A stretch of 63,955 nucleotides of DNA, counting the filler, from a bacterium (GTDB lineage Bacteria > JBBIVP01): the NCBI GenBank assembly GCA_037439705.1. It is 6 parts of 6 records of this genome, joined end to end, with 100 filler letters (N's around TTAATTAATTAA, not from the genome) between each part and the next. Parts side by side here need not be neighbours in the genome. Positions count along the whole stretch, not along the records: positions 37,596 to 49,733 come from JBBIVP010000049.1; positions 49,834 to 61,458 come from JBBIVP010000050.1; 4 more parts are not named here. One strand, written 5' to 3'. The translations under genes and the position numbers were made by a program. Positions 39,611 through 50,430 of this stretch are shown here, in pieces. Under the pieces are notes generated by a model. It saw nothing but the letters and a program-made list of their open reading frames with translations. It was not told the DNA's origin and made no database searches. Positions within the stretch are counted from its first letter, which is position 1, and each line of letters opens with the position of its first letter.

Positions 39611-42010
39611 TTAACCTGTAATACTTATCTCAAGCAATTCACCCCTTGTCTCTTTTAAAACCCCTTCACATAACTTTTTTTCCCAATCAGGAATCACATC
39701 AATATAACCTGCCATCTCCTTGGCAATTTTTAGGAGTTTCACATCTTGAAGGTATTTAATAATCTCTGAGGATTTAAATCCCCATTGTCTGGTTCCAAGT
39801 ATTTCTCCCGGTCCCCTTATCTTCAAATCCTCCTCTGCAATTTTAAATCCATCGTCTGTTTCGGTCATTATTTTTAGCCTCTTCCATGCCTTTTCCCCTA
39901 CCCTTTCATTTGTCAGAAGGATGCACTTTCCTTCTTTTTCTCCCCTTCCTATCCTTCCCCTCAACTGATGAAGTTGTGAAAGTCCAAACCTTTCAGCATT
40001 CTCAATAACCATCATTGTGGCATCAGGCACATCTATTCCTACCTCAACAACGGTAGTGGATACAAGAATATCTATCTTATCTTCTCTAAACGAGGACATA
40101 ACTTCTTCTTTTTCAGAAGGCCTCATCCTTCCATGAATGAGTCCAATTCTGAAATCAGGAAAAATTTTTTCTTTGAATTTGACGAACATATCCTTTGCAT
40201 TTTTAAGGTCTAGGCTCTCCGACTCCTCAATTAAAGGATATATCACGAAAACCCTCCCCCCATTTTTTACTTCTTCCCTCATTTCCATCCAAACCTTCTC
40301 TATTTCTTTATAATGATAAAGAAGGGTTTTAACCCTCCTTTTTCTCGGCATTTCATCAATTATTGAGATATCAAGGTCTCCGTATATTGTCATTGCAAGG
40401 GTTCTGGGAATTGGCGTGGCGCTCATAACAATTAGATGTGGAGAATCTCCCTTTTTCTTCATGAAAACCCTCTGAAGAACACCAAATCTGTGCTGTTCAT
40501 CAACAATTACAAGGGCAAGGTTTTTAAAAACCAGATATTCTTCAAGAAGTGCGTGCGTGCCTATTAAAAAGTTTATTTTCCCTTCTTTCACCGCCTGGGC
40601 TATCTCCATTTTTTCCTTTTCCCTCATCCCTCCCCTCAAAATTCCGACTTTTACCCCTAAGGGAGAATAAAAGGAATTTATTGTATTGTAGTGCTGAACT
40701 GCGAGAATCTCTGTTGGAACCATCATTGCAACCTGATATCCATCTTCTATGAAATAAAGGGAAACTATTGCTACCACCACTGTTTTTCCGGAGCCAACAT
40801 CCCCCTGTATGAGCCTGTAAAGAAGTTTTTTCTTTCTCAAATCATCCTCTATCTCACCTATAACCCTTTTCTGTGCGGATGTTAACTGAAAGGGAAGGTT
40901 ATTTATAAGGTGCTCTGGCAAATCTCCTTTCATCGTAAGAACCGGTCCCTTTCTTTCCTTTATCAAAGACCTCCTTCTCATCATGGCAAGTTCAAAGGAA
41001 AAAATCTCTTCAAAAAGTAACCTTTTGTGATAAATGGAATTGCCAGAATTGAGTTTAATAGGGTCTTCATCTTTATCCGGAAAATGGAGATTTTTGAGGG
41101 ATTTGAAAAGGGAAGGAAGATTTGTTCTTCTTTCTATACTGGGTGGAACACAACTTAATATGAAATTTTCGTTTTCCACAAGAAGTTTCTCCATTATCCC
41201 CCTTAACTTCATTCTTTTAAGACCCTTTACTTCCGTATATACAGGGAGAATCTCTCCAAACCCCCTTTCATCCGTCCTCAATTCCGGATGAACCATCTCA
41301 AACCTTTCCCCGTATTTTGATGGAAGACCAAAAAGGAAGTATTCCTCTCCCCTTTTCAGAATTTTGTAAAACGGTATGGATTTATAATGGAACCAGAGCG
41401 CATTCAAAAATCCCGTTCCATCCGAAAATACTGCTGAAAAACCCCTTCTACTTTTAAATTCCACCATCCCAAAATCAATCAGTTTTCCTCTTACAGCGGA
41501 GGGAACTCCTTCAACGAGGTCTTTTATGAGAACAAAATTTCTTCTGTCCTGATATTTTTTGGGAAGAAAAAAGAAGAAGTCCCTCAGGGTATAAACTCCC
41601 CTTTCTTCAAGGCTTCTGGATGTTGTCTCCCCGATTCCTCTGATTTCATTGACCCTTTTTTTTAATATGTAAAAACAGGTTTTCACAAAGGAATCAACTC
41701 CGTCTTTTAGAAGGCGAGCAATTGTGAGATATATCTCTTTTAAAACCTCGGGTTCGGAATTCAACCTTTCTCCAAAAACCTCTATTTTCTTCTGTATTCT
41801 GTCAATCTCTGAGAGGAGGTCAAAAGGAATTGAAAATTCCTTTAGTTTTTCTATCTGTGATAAAGAAAAGGAATAAAGATTTTTTATTATGTATCCCTTT
41901 TCAAATCCCTTTTTTGCAATTATCTGGTAGGGCTTAAGAAGAGTATATAGCTCTTTAAAGAATTCAACAGAAAAAGAAGACCTTTTACCTTTTACTTCCT
42001 CTTTTTGCAA
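39611..42010 (-). CDS. recG: ATP-dependent DNA helicase RecG
   Basis: QGDVGSGKT, DEQHRFG, SATPIPRT, QLHQLRGR. Confidence 0.95.
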   Translation of the reverse strand: MQKEEVKGKRSSFSVEFFKELYTLLKPYQIIAKKGFEKGYIIKNLYSFSLSQIEKLKEFSIPFDLLSEIDRIQKKIEVFGERLNSEPEVLKEIYLTIARLLKDGVDSFVKTCFYILKKRVNEIRGIGETTSRSLEERGVYTLRDFFFFLPKKYQDRRNFVLIKDLVEGVPSAVRGKLIDFGMVEFKSRRGFSAVFSDGTGFLNALWFHYKSIPFYKILKRGEEYFLFGLPSKYGERFEMVHPELRTDERGFGEILPVYTEVKGLKRMKLRGIMEKLLVENENFILSCVPPSIERRTNLPSLFKSLKNLHFPDKDEDPIKLNSGNSIYHKRLLFEEIFSFELAMMRRRSLIKERKGPVLTMKGDLPEHLINNLPFQLTSAQKRVIGEIEDDLRKKKLLYRLIQGDVGSGKTVVVAIVSLYFIEDGYQVAMMVPTEILAVQHYNTINSFYSPLGVKVGILRGGMREKEKMEIAQAVKEGKINFLIGTHALLEEYLVFKNLALVIVDEQHRFGVLQRVFMKKKGDSPHLIVMSATPIPRTLAMTIYGDLDISIIDEMPRKRRVKTLLYHYKEIEKVWMEMREEVKNGGRVFVIYPLIEESESLDLKNAKDMFVKFKEKIFPDFRIGLIHGRMRPSEKEEVMSSFREDKIDILVSTTVVEVGIDVPDATMMVIENAERFGLSQLHQLRGRIGRGEKEGKCILLTNERVGEKAWKRLKIMTETDDGFKIAEEDLKIRGPGEILGTRQWGFKSSEIIKYLQDVKLLKIAKEMAGYIDVIPDWEKKLCEGVLKETRGELLEISITG

Positions 42011-42212
42011 TCTTATTCTTTATAATTTTTATAAATTCATCTTCAGACCATCCGTGCATCTGTGCAGCGAGATAAAGGGGCTCCTCATCTGCTCCTTTAC
42101 AGTTCAAACAATCAAAACCCATTTCATAAAGGATTTTTGCACTTTGGGGATAGAGTTTGAGGAGTTCCCTAACTTTCATGTTTTTGTGTATTTTAAATTC
42201 CTTCTTTTCCAT
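41985..42212 (-). CDS. DUF1858 domain protein
   Basis: IHKNM...YP...GFDCLNC...E.L...A..HG. Confidence 0.8.
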   Translation of the reverse strand: MEKKEFKIHKNMKVRELLKLYPQSAKILYEMGFDCLNCKGADEEPLYLAAQMHGWSEDEFIKIIKNKIAKRGSKR

Positions 42213-42681
42213 CAGTTTTTATCTCCAAAATTTTTACCTTTCTTTCTCCCCCAGGTGCACTGAAAGACACAACATCCCCCTCTTTTTTACCTATTAGCGC
42301 CCTTCCCAGAGGTGATGTATAAGAAATCTCACCTCTTCTAAAATCTGCTTCCATTTCTCCAACTATTCTGTAAATTCCTTCTTTTCCCGTTGTAAGGTCC
42401 ATTATTTTTATCCAGCATCCGAAAACAACTCCATCTCCCTTTATATCTTCCGTACCTATAACCTCGCAGGTAGAAAGGAGGCTTTCAAGCTGAGCGATTC
42501 TGAACATAACCTGTTCCTGCCTTTCCTTTGCATATTTATACTCTGCATTTTCAGAAAGGTCTCCGTACGAACGGGCTATTTCAAGTTCCTTTGCTATAGC
42601 TGGGAGTTCTTCATTTTTGAGCCTTTCAAGCTCTTCTTTCAACTTCTTGTAGCCTTCTCTGGTGAGAAATTTCTTCTCCAT
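42193..42681 (-). CDS. greA: Transcription elongation factor GreA
   Basis: [23 protein letters not shown]. Confidence 0.95.
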   Translation of the reverse strand: MEKKFLTREGYKKLKEELERLKNEELPAIAKELEIARSYGDLSENAEYKYAKERQEQVMFRIAQLESLLSTCEVIGTEDIKGDGVVFGCWIKIMDLTTGKEGIYRIVGEMEADFRRGEISYTSPLGRALIGKKEGDVVSFSAPGGERKVKILEIKTDGKEGI

Positions 42682-45600
42682 TCTTCACCTCGTCATAGTA
42701 TTCCTGTAAACATTTTACCTCAAATCCTCTTTCTTTCAAAAATCCTATTGCCTGAACCGCTGCTAATGCTCCTTCAATGGTAGTAAAGTATGGGACGCCG
42801 TATGAAACCGCGCTTCTCCTTATTGAAAATGAATCTCTGATTGATTGCACGCCAAATGTAGTGTTAATGACAAGTGAAACTTCGCCGTTTTTTATCATAT
42901 CCACAATGTGAGGTCTTCCTTCACCAACCTTGAAAACACTTTTTGCGTTAACACCGTTTTTTCTCAAATAATTCGCTGTCCCTATTGTTGCGAGAATTTT
43001 AAATCCCATTTCTTCAAATTTCTTTGCTATTTTGACCACCTTCTTTTTATCTTCGTCTTTGACACTTATAAATACATTCCCGTAAGTTGGCAGTCTGTTT
43101 GATGCACTTATCTGTGATTTGTAAAAGGCTATTTCAAAGAATCTGTCTATTCCCATTACCTCTCCCGTTGATTTCATCTCTGGACCAAGGATTGTATCCG
43201 CTCCAGGAAATTTTATAAATGGGAAAACAGATTCTTTTACTGCGCTCCAATTAGGTTTCCTCTTAACCCCCTTCAAACCAAGCTCCCCAATGGTTCTTCC
43301 GAGCATAACGAAGGTTGCCATCTTTGCAAGTGGAATGCCCGTTGCCTTTGACACAAAGGGGACTGTTCTTGAGGCCCTGGGATTTACTTCAAGGATGTAT
43401 ATTTCCCCATCCTTAATTGCGAACTGAATGTTCAATAGTCCTATGACATTAAGTTCCTTTGCTATAAGTTCCGTGGTCTTTTCTATCTCCATCACAATCT
43501 CTTCGCTCAAGGAAAAGGGGGGAATGGAACAAGCACTATCTCCCGAATGCACCCCAGCCTCCTCTATGTGTTCCATTATTCCACCTATATAAACATCTTT
43601 TCCATCACATAAAGCATCCACATCAAGTTCCTTTGCATCCTTTAAGAACTTATCTATGAGGATGGGATGCTCTGGAGATACCTTTACTGCATCTCTCATA
43701 TACGTCCTCAGTTCCTCGTCACTATAAACTATCTCCATCGCCCTTCCTCCGAGAACATAAGAAGGACGGACGAGCACAGGATAACCGAGTTTGTGGGCAA
43801 CATCTCTTGCCTCTTCGTAGGAAAAAGCAACGCCGCTCTCAGGCTGTTTCAAATTTAACCTTTTTACAAGTTCCTGAAACTTTCCCCTGTCCTCCGCAAT
43901 GTCAATCGTCTCGGGTTGTGTTCCAAGAATTCTGAACCCTAATTTTCCAAGCGGAACGGCGAGTTTTAATGGTGTCTGCCCCCCAAACTGCAGGATAATT
44001 CCATATGGATTTTCCTTTAAAAGAATTCCATAAATGTACTCAATGGTGAGTGGCTCAAAATAGAGTCTGTCGGATGTATCGTAGTCTGTGCTAACCGTTT
44101 CAGGATTGCAGTTCACCATTATTGCCTTATAACCTGCTTCCCTTATTGCATAGCAGGCATGGACACAGCAGTAATCAAACTCAATTCCCTGACCTATCCT
44201 GTTAGGACCACCTCCGAATATCACTATTTTCTTACCATCAAGCGGAGGAACCTCGTCTTCCCTGTCGTAGGTGGAGTATATGTAAGGAGTTTTAGCTACA
44301 AACTCTCCCGCACAGGTATCAACTGATTTGAACGAAGGTACAATCCCCTTTTCCTTTCTTGATAGCATTATCTCAAATTCCTTTTTGGAAACAGCTGAAG
44401 TATATTCTTTCTTTGTTCTGTATCCCTCTTTTTTTACAATTAGCTCTGCCAGCCTTCTATCAGAAATCCCCACTTCCTTTGCCTTTCTCAAAAGCTCGTC
44501 AGTAAGTCCCCCCATACCCCTTCTTTTCAGTTCTATCTCCAATCTCACTATATCTTCAATTTCCCTCAAAAACCACAGGTCAATTCTTGTGATCTTTGAA
44601 ATTTTTTCAACAGAAAAACCGAATCTCAACGCCTCCGCTATATAAAAAAGCCTTTCCTTATTGGGAAAGCGCAGTTTTGACTCATAAAAACTTTCTCCAT
44701 CGATCATCTCAACCTGGTCGAGAAGACCCCAGTAATCCCTCTCAAGGGAACGGACTGCTTTCAGTAAAGCCTCTTTGAAGTTCCTTCCAATTCCCATAAC
44801 CTCTCCCACCGATTTCATCTGGGTAGTCAATGTTTCATCCACATTTCTGAATTTCTCAAAATCAAATCTCGGAATTTTAACAACCACATAATCTATTGTT
44901 GGCTCAAAAGATGCAGGAGTTTCCTTTGTTATGTCGTTTGGAATTTCATCAAGGGTATATCCAACAGCCAGTTTCGCTGCAATTTTTGCAATGGGAAAAC
45001 CTGTCGCCTTTGATGCAAGAGCAGAACTTCTTGATACCCTTGGATTCATTTCAATAACAAGCATTCTTCCTGTCTCGGGATGAACCGCAAACTGGATGTT
45101 TGAACCACCTGTCTCAACCCCTATCTTTCTTATTATTTTAATTGCTGCATCCCTTATCCTCTGATATTCTTTATCAGTAAGGGTCTGTTGAGGAGCCACT
45201 GTTATGCTATCTCCAGTATGAATTCCCATCGGGTCAAAGTTTTCAATAGAACATATAATAACCACATTGTCCTTCCTGTCCCTCATCACCTCAAGTTCAA
45301 ACTCTTTCCATCCTATCACAGATTCCTCAACAAGAACCTTATGAACCGGACTTATATCAAGGGCAAATCTCATGAGTTCTTCAAATTCTTCAGAGTTATA
45401 GGCTACTCCTCCACCTGTTCCACCGAGTGTGAAAGAAGGTCTTATTATTACTGGAAATCCAACCTCCTGAACGAACTTCCTTCCCGCTTCTACATTATCA
45501 ACATATATACTCCTTGGAACCTCCAGTCCTATTTCCTCCATACATTTTTTAAAAAGTTCTCTATCCTCTGCCCTTTCAATAGCAAACACATCTGCTCCAA

Positions 45601-45946
45601 TGAGTTCAACCCCAAACCTGTCAAGTATGTCTGCTTTCTTCAGTTCCACCGCCAGGTTCAATGCAGTCTGCCCTCCGAGTGTTGGAAGCAGGGCATCTGG
45701 TTTCTCCTTTTCAATTATCCTTTCTAAAAATTCAACGGAAAGAGGCTCAATATAAGTCCTGTCTGCAAACTCAGGGTCTGTCATTATTGTTGCGGGATTA
45801 CTGTTAACAAGAATAAGCCTGTAGCCTTCTTCCTTCAATGCTTTGATAGCCTGCGTGCCCGAATAGTCAAACTCACATGCCTGTCCTATCACAATTGGTC
45901 CTGAACCAATTATGAGTATGCTCTTTATGTCCTCTCTTTTTGGCAT
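42626..45946 (-). CDS. carB: Carbamoyl-phosphate synthase large subunit
   Basis: [21 protein letters not shown], two ATP-grasp halves, MGS domain. Confidence 0.98.
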   Translation of the reverse strand: MPKREDIKSILIIGSGPIVIGQACEFDYSGTQAIKALKEEGYRLILVNSNPATIMTDPEFADRTYIEPLSVEFLERIIEKEKPDALLPTLGGQTALNLAVELKKADILDRFGVELIGADVFAIERAEDRELFKKCMEEIGLEVPRSIYVDNVEAGRKFVQEVGFPVIIRPSFTLGGTGGGVAYNSEEFEELMRFALDISPVHKVLVEESVIGWKEFELEVMRDRKDNVVIICSIENFDPMGIHTGDSITVAPQQTLTDKEYQRIRDAAIKIIRKIGVETGGSNIQFAVHPETGRMLVIEMNPRVSRSSALASKATGFPIAKIAAKLAVGYTLDEIPNDITKETPASFEPTIDYVVVKIPRFDFEKFRNVDETLTTQMKSVGEVMGIGRNFKEALLKAVRSLERDYWGLLDQVEMIDGESFYESKLRFPNKERLFYIAEALRFGFSVEKISKITRIDLWFLREIEDIVRLEIELKRRGMGGLTDELLRKAKEVGISDRRLAELIVKKEGYRTKKEYTSAVSKKEFEIMLSRKEKGIVPSFKSVDTCAGEFVAKTPYIYSTYDREDEVPPLDGKKIVIFGGGPNRIGQGIEFDYCCVHACYAIREAGYKAIMVNCNPETVSTDYDTSDRLYFEPLTIEYIYGILLKENPYGIILQFGGQTPLKLAVPLGKLGFRILGTQPETIDIAEDRGKFQELVKRLNLKQPESGVAFSYEEARDVAHKLGYPVLVRPSYVLGGRAMEIVYSDEELRTYMRDAVKVSPEHPILIDKFLKDAKELDVDALCDGKDVYIGGIMEHIEEAGVHSGDSACSIPPFSLSEEIVMEIEKTTELIAKELNVIGLLNIQFAIKDGEIYILEVNPRASRTVPFVSKATGIPLAKMATFVMLGRTIGELGLKGVKRKPNWSAVKESVFPFIKFPGADTILGPEMKSTGEVMGIDRFFEIAFYKSQISASNRLPTYGNVFISVKDEDKKKVVKIAKKFEEMGFKILATIGTANYLRKNGVNAKSVFKVGEGRPHIVDMIKNGEVSLVINTTFGVQSIRDSFSIRRSAVSYGVPYFTTIEGALAAVQAIGFLKERGFEVKCLQEYYDEVKNGEEISHQRRLQEVERRA

Positions 45947-45953
45947 TTAGTTG

Positions 45954-45982
45954 ATTTTAAAAATTTGGAGGGATATTTTCAA
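45954..45982 (-). promoter_or_regulatory. Putative leaderless sigma70 promoter of carB
   Basis: TTGAAA-17-TAAAAT-7 nt-ATG, no SD. Confidence 0.55.
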
Positions 45983-46001
45983 TTAAAAAAGAGGTCTCAT
46001 T

Positions 46002-46946
46002 GTGAAAGCCTTTGTGACAGGAGCTACCGGATTTGTAGGAAGTCATCTTGTAGAAGAGCTTGTGAAAATGGGATTTGAGGTATCTGTCCTTGTGAGAAAA
46101 ACAAGCAAAAGAGACTTAATCTCAAGCCTCGGGGTAAATACAGTAGAAGGTTCTCTTGAAGAGCTGACATTGAAAGAAATCTCTGAATGCGATTTCTTCT
46201 TCCACATAGCATGTATTACAAAGGCAGTGAGGATAAGTGAATATTACCGTGTGAATAGAGACGGAACAAAAAATGTATGTGAGATCTGCGAAAAATACGA
46301 GAAGAAATTGAAGAAACTGGTAATCCTTTCAAGTTTAGCAGCATGCGGAAATAATGGAATTCCAGAAAGTCATTATGGAAGGAGCAAGTATGAAGGCGAT
46401 ATGGTAGCCCTTTCTTTTTCAAAAAAAATTCCAATTGTAATTTTAAGACCCGGTGCTATATACGGACCGAGGGATATGGACTTTTACCAGATATTCAGGA
46501 CCGCAAAAAAATTTAGTATCCTTCCCCATCCGGGATTTAATAAGAAAATTTTGAACCTCGTTTATGTAAAGGATGTCGTAAAAGCAATAATTCTTTCCAT
46601 TCAAAAAGACCTTCCTTCCGGAGAAATCCTTATGGTGGGGGATGAAAAAAATTATACCTGGGAAGAAATAAGGGATATCCTTTCCGAGGTTTTAAAAAGA
46701 AAATTAATCCTCCTGAAGTTCCCAAAATTTCTTGCCTATCCGCCCGCTTTTTTCCTTCAAACCGCTTCATTTATAACAAAAAAACCATATCCTTTGAACC
46801 TATCAAGACTTCCTGAATTCCTTGAGGATAACTGGGGAATGGATATAAGTGAAACAGAGAAAAAAATTGGCTATAAACCATCGGTGAGTTTAAAAGAGGG
46901 CTTAAGCATCACAATCAAATGGTATGAGGAAAAGGGATTACTTTAA
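46002..46946 (+). CDS. NAD-dependent epimerase/dehydratase family protein
   Basis: TGATGFVG, YGRSK, RPGAIYGPRD. Confidence 0.88.
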   Translation: MKAFVTGATGFVGSHLVEELVKMGFEVSVLVRKTSKRDLISSLGVNTVEGSLEELTLKEISECDFFFHIACITKAVRISEYYRVNRDGTKNVCEICEKYEKKLKKLVILSSLAACGNNGIPESHYGRSKYEGDMVALSFSKKIPIVILRPGAIYGPRDMDFYQIFRTAKKFSILPHPGFNKKILNLVYVKDVVKAIILSIQKDLPSGEILMVGDEKNYTWEEIRDILSEVLKRKLILLKFPKFLAYPPAFFLQTASFITKKPYPLNLSRLPEFLEDNWGMDISETEKKIGYKPSVSLKEGLSITIKWYEEKGLL

Positions 46947-47146
46947 TTTAATCAAATAAGGTGCAGAATGCTTTGTATCTTTTGTGCCGATATTTTATCT
47001 TTTTCTTTTTATCAACTTTTCAAACCGACCAATTCCATATTATAATGTATGCGGATAAAAGAAGGTACAAATTTTTTATGCTGTGTTAGCAGATTGTTTT
47101 ATTTCACCATTATTGATTTCACTGTTTACTTCTATATTCTCATTTT

Positions 47147-47568
47147 CTATTTCCTTTTCATCTCTGTGAAATTTCCGCTAAAACCAAGATGCTGCTGAAT
47201 TGAGGGGTCATTGGTATTAAAATTAGGGTCATTTGTTTGGATAAATGTGCCATTGCCGTTGCTCCGTGTTTTATCATAGGTTGAAGTTAAAGTCTGGATT
47301 TCTCCAATTTTGGGATCAACAAACTCAGCTTGGTCCGCCGATTCCAAACCAATAGAATGAGCGATTTCATCATTAACCCTGACCCTGTTTTTATACATTC
47401 GTTCCTGTATTTCAAGTATTTCCTTTTGATAGCGCATTCGGATTTCACTTCTGGCCTGCTCAGCCTTAGAAAGGGACACCAACCAGTTGGGATTAAGCTG
47501 AAAAGAAGATAAAATGGTCATCAAAACAGGCTCAACTTCATAAATTTTTTCTTTCAATGCGCTAATTT
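47147..47568 (-). pseudogene. 3' remnant of a hypothetical gene cut by the IS remnant
   Basis: 136-aa ORF with TTG start beginning at the element's inverted repeat. Confidence 0.5.
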
Positions 47569-47896
47569 CCTAAGTTTTTACCTTATTTTATACACTATGT
47601 CCAAGTAATCAAGAATTTTGTTTAATTTTTTTTCAAGCACCACTGTGGTATCCTAGGAAAAACTACTTTTGCTATCTTTAAGATAAATTTTATACCCTCG
47701 CTTTAACTTTTCTAATAACTCTATCGCTGATAAATCAAACTTCCTATCCTTTCACCCATTTATTTTCTACTAACGCCAAATAAGTATTCTTCCCTTTCTT
47801 CATTTTTCTAATAAAGCTAAAACAAAAAAGTCAATAGAAAAGTGCAGAAAAAATCAACACATTTAACCTAGTGAGAAAAATTGACTAAAATTTAGG
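47569..47896 (-). mobile_element. Internally deleted IS1634-like element (328 bp, MITE-like)
   Basis: TIRs CCTAAGTTTT / AAAATTTAGG (9 of 10 match); encodes SFIRKMKKGKNTYLALVENKWVKG* and LEKLKRGYKIYLKD..*..VLEKKLNKILDYL, resembling IS1634 transposase ends. Confidence 0.65.
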
Positions 47897-48390
47897 TTAT
47901 TTGGTTCTAATCTTTCAATATCTAACAACTTATTCTGTAGCTCTTTTATTTTTTCTATACTAACTTTTCCTTTCTCAACTGGTTTTTCAGTTTCACTTTT
48001 CTCTTTAGGTGAAGGCAGGGAATTTAAAAAATCTTTATCCCATAACTCAGGGATTTTATAGTTCAATTTTAATAAAAGCTCATTAAATTTTTCGATTTCT
48101 TCACGAGTTATTGGATTTTCTTTATTCCTCCTGTATTTAATACCTGCATAAACAATTTCTACAATAATGGGATAAAAAAGATCGCTCCTATATTCTAAAA
48201 TCTTTTCAAGAAAATTAATGATTGCTGGTAATTTGCTACCTTCCTGCCAAAAATTTAACAATCCAAATTTTTTTGCAATTCCACGAAATGAAATGCTTTG
48301 ATCTCCATACGGGTGAGGATTACCAGGCAAGAAATGATAAATATGATTTGCCAATTCTTTTATTGTATTAACCAAATTTAGCCTTTTCAT
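47863..48390 (-). pseudogene. 5' part of an Mrr-type restriction endonuclease, truncated by the IS remnant
   Basis: FLPGNPHPYGDQSISF...GSKLPAI...FLNSLP N-terminal domain; genuine sequence ends at LEPN (47897) before a catalytic domain. Confidence 0.55.
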
Positions 48391-48515
48391 AACTCGCCTC
48401 TAAATACTTTTCTTAAAATTGCTTGTGGCAAGGCTTCAATTGCGATTTTTTGATTTAAGATTTGAGATTTAAAATTTTCTACATAAGCAATTTTCTCTTC
48501 CATTCTTGTTTTCAT
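48387..48515 (-). pseudogene. hsdS: C-terminal remnant of Type I R-M specificity subunit (not in ORF track)
   Basis: Hand translation ...IEALPQAILRKVFRGEL*, a typical HsdS terminus; ATGA overlap with the next gene. Confidence 0.7.
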
Positions 48516-48519
48516 TCTT

Positions 48520-48900
48520 TCACCCTTCATGTTTTTCATAATGTTTTAAAATTCTCTCTCTATCTTCATTTTCCTTATCACTTTTGTAATAAATTTCTAT
48601 TAATTCAATTTTGTCTTCTTTCTCAAAATAAGCATAAATAACCCTGATGCCTGATTGAACCCCTTTACCCTTAAGGGAACGACAAGCAAATTTCTTTGCT
48701 TTGTAGATTTTTGGATCATCAATCTGCAAACCTGAGATTTGAAAAATTCCCTTATTGTCAATTTTTAATTTATGATAAAGGTAAAGCTGCTTTTCAATGA
48801 AGATTTTTAAGTCGTCTTCAAGAGTTTCGAATTTTCTTAGAAGTCTTTTTACATCTTTTTCAAATTCAGGCAGGCGAGAGATTTTACTAAATGTCTTCAC
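48520..48900 (-). CDS. RelE/HigB-like toxin (putative PanT)
   Basis: PEFEKDVKRL...KGKGVQSGIRVIYAY...IEIYYK; basic; overlaps the antitoxin stop. Confidence 0.7.
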   Translation of the reverse strand: MKTFSKISRLPEFEKDVKRLLRKFETLEDDLKIFIEKQLYLYHKLKIDNKGIFQISGLQIDDPKIYKAKKFACRSLKGKGVQSGIRVIYAYFEKEDKIELIEIYYKSDKENEDRERILKHYEKHEG

Positions 48901-49660
48901 TGTATTCTCTCACCGAGTAAGGAGGGGTTCTGTAAAAAACAGACTCATATTCGATAATTCCTCCATCCTCTGTGGTTAACCAGGGAACATCGTTATGGGA
49001 ATATTCACTTATCTGAGCCGCATTCATATCTGAAAGCCTATTCAAAACATCATCTATCAATTCAATTTCATGTGCCTTTAGTTTGGTAAGATCGGGCTTC
49101 CTCAATGGTAAATATTTTGTTTGGGGATAGACAAAATAGTCAGTTTCTACCTTAATAATATCTTTGCCCATTAGCATATTTACAATTTTTTTAAATTCTA
49201 AAGGGGTTGGACCATATCTGTTCTTAATATATGTTGCACCAATTAACTGCTCCTCGTATTTCTCATAAAAATCAAAGTCTATGAAATAGAGAAGCTTATA
49301 AATAACTGTTTCTCCAATATTGGGTTTTGAACCAACCTTATTTAAGATATAAAGCAGAACTTCCTTAAATTTTTCTAACTTCTTCTGAGGAACATTAATT
49401 CTTATTTGAGGTTTTACCTTTGAAGGCTTTTTGCCTTTTCTTAAAATAATCTCTGGCTCTTTTTCTAAATTTAGCAAACTCTCTACAGAAACATTGAATA
49501 TCTCAGAGAGTTTTATCAATTCATCAGCCGTAATTTTTCTTTCACCGCTTTCTATCTGAGAGATTGTTGGACGGGAAACTCCTAACATCTCAGCAAGCCT
49601 TTGCTGGCTGATTCCGGATAATTCTCTTAGTTCTTTTATTCTTTTTCCAATTTTAACCAT
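48887..49660 (-). CDS. XRE-HTH + DUF4065 (Panacea/SocA) antitoxin
   Basis: N-terminal Cro/C1 HTH; KLLYFIDF, YGP and SHNDVPW motifs. Confidence 0.88.
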   Translation of the reverse strand: MVKIGKRIKELRELSGISQQRLAEMLGVSRPTISQIESGERKITADELIKLSEIFNVSVESLLNLEKEPEIILRKGKKPSKVKPQIRINVPQKKLEKFKEVLLYILNKVGSKPNIGETVIYKLLYFIDFDFYEKYEEQLIGATYIKNRYGPTPLEFKKIVNMLMGKDIIKVETDYFVYPQTKYLPLRKPDLTKLKAHEIELIDDVLNRLSDMNAAQISEYSHNDVPWLTTEDGGIIEYESVFYRTPPYSVREYSEDI

Positions 49661-49682
49661 AATTTCACCTCTACTTTTCTAT

Positions 49683-49710
49683 ATTATATTATTGTAAGAA
49701 ATTTTGTCAA
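49683..49710 (-). promoter_or_regulatory. Consensus sigma70 promoter of the TA operon
   Basis: TTGACA-16-TATAAT, then SD GAGGTG. Confidence 0.7.
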
Positions 49711-49733
49711 GTAAATGTTGTGTTTTTTTACAG

Positions 49734-49833
49734 NNNNNNNNNNNNNNNNNNNNNNNNNNNNNNNNNNNNNNNNNNNNTTAATTAATTAANNNNNNNNNNN
49801 NNNNNNNNNNNNNNNNNNNNNNNNNNNNNNNNN
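49734..49833. other. Artificial contig spacer
   Basis: 44 N + TTAATTAATTAA + 44 N. Confidence 0.98.
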
Positions 49834-50230
49834 CAAAATTTATAATTTCCACCCTGTAAGTGTCAGCAAGTTCGTATATTCCCTTCTTTTTCAAAACATC
49901 TTCTGTTTTTATTAATCCTGCAAAACCACTCCTTTCACCTATAGAAATTTTTCTTCCTCCATATTCCCTGCATATTTTTATTATCTCCTCTAATGTCTCA
50001 TTATGAGTGGAAGCAGGAGGGGGGTCAGCAGAATTGAAATTCGGCTTTATTAAAACCCATTTTTCACGGAACGGATTTATTCCAAGAAGTTTTATAGCCT
50101 CTCTAACCCCTTCACTTCTCTTCCTTGTCCTTACAAGGGATATTTTTGTGGGAGTTTCCTTTACATTTACATTCTTATCCATAGCAAAAAGAAATCCAGC
50201 CATACCCATTACGAATTTCCTTCTTTCCAT
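49834..50230 (-). CDS. DUF362 family protein, 3'-truncated
   Basis: VLIKPNFNSAD...STH...IGERSG; Tat-like RRKF N-terminus. Confidence 0.8.
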
Positions 50231-50430
50231 TTAGAACCAATGGGTTAGAATATATTTATTTACATTTTTCATTGAGTCAAAAATTACAAGGGTGAATATG
50301 GGGATTCCTGTGTAAATATCCATCTCTTCTTAACCATGTTTTAATTTACTATGATAAAAAGAAAAGTCAAATAAAATTGAGCTTTTATTTTGAGACTTTT
50401 TTCGCCAGCAGAAAAATATTTGAATGAAGA

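Noticed and set aside
39611..45946. carB without carA; RecG with a long N-terminal extension
   Set aside because: Both arrangements are known in other bacteria, and carA may be on another contig.
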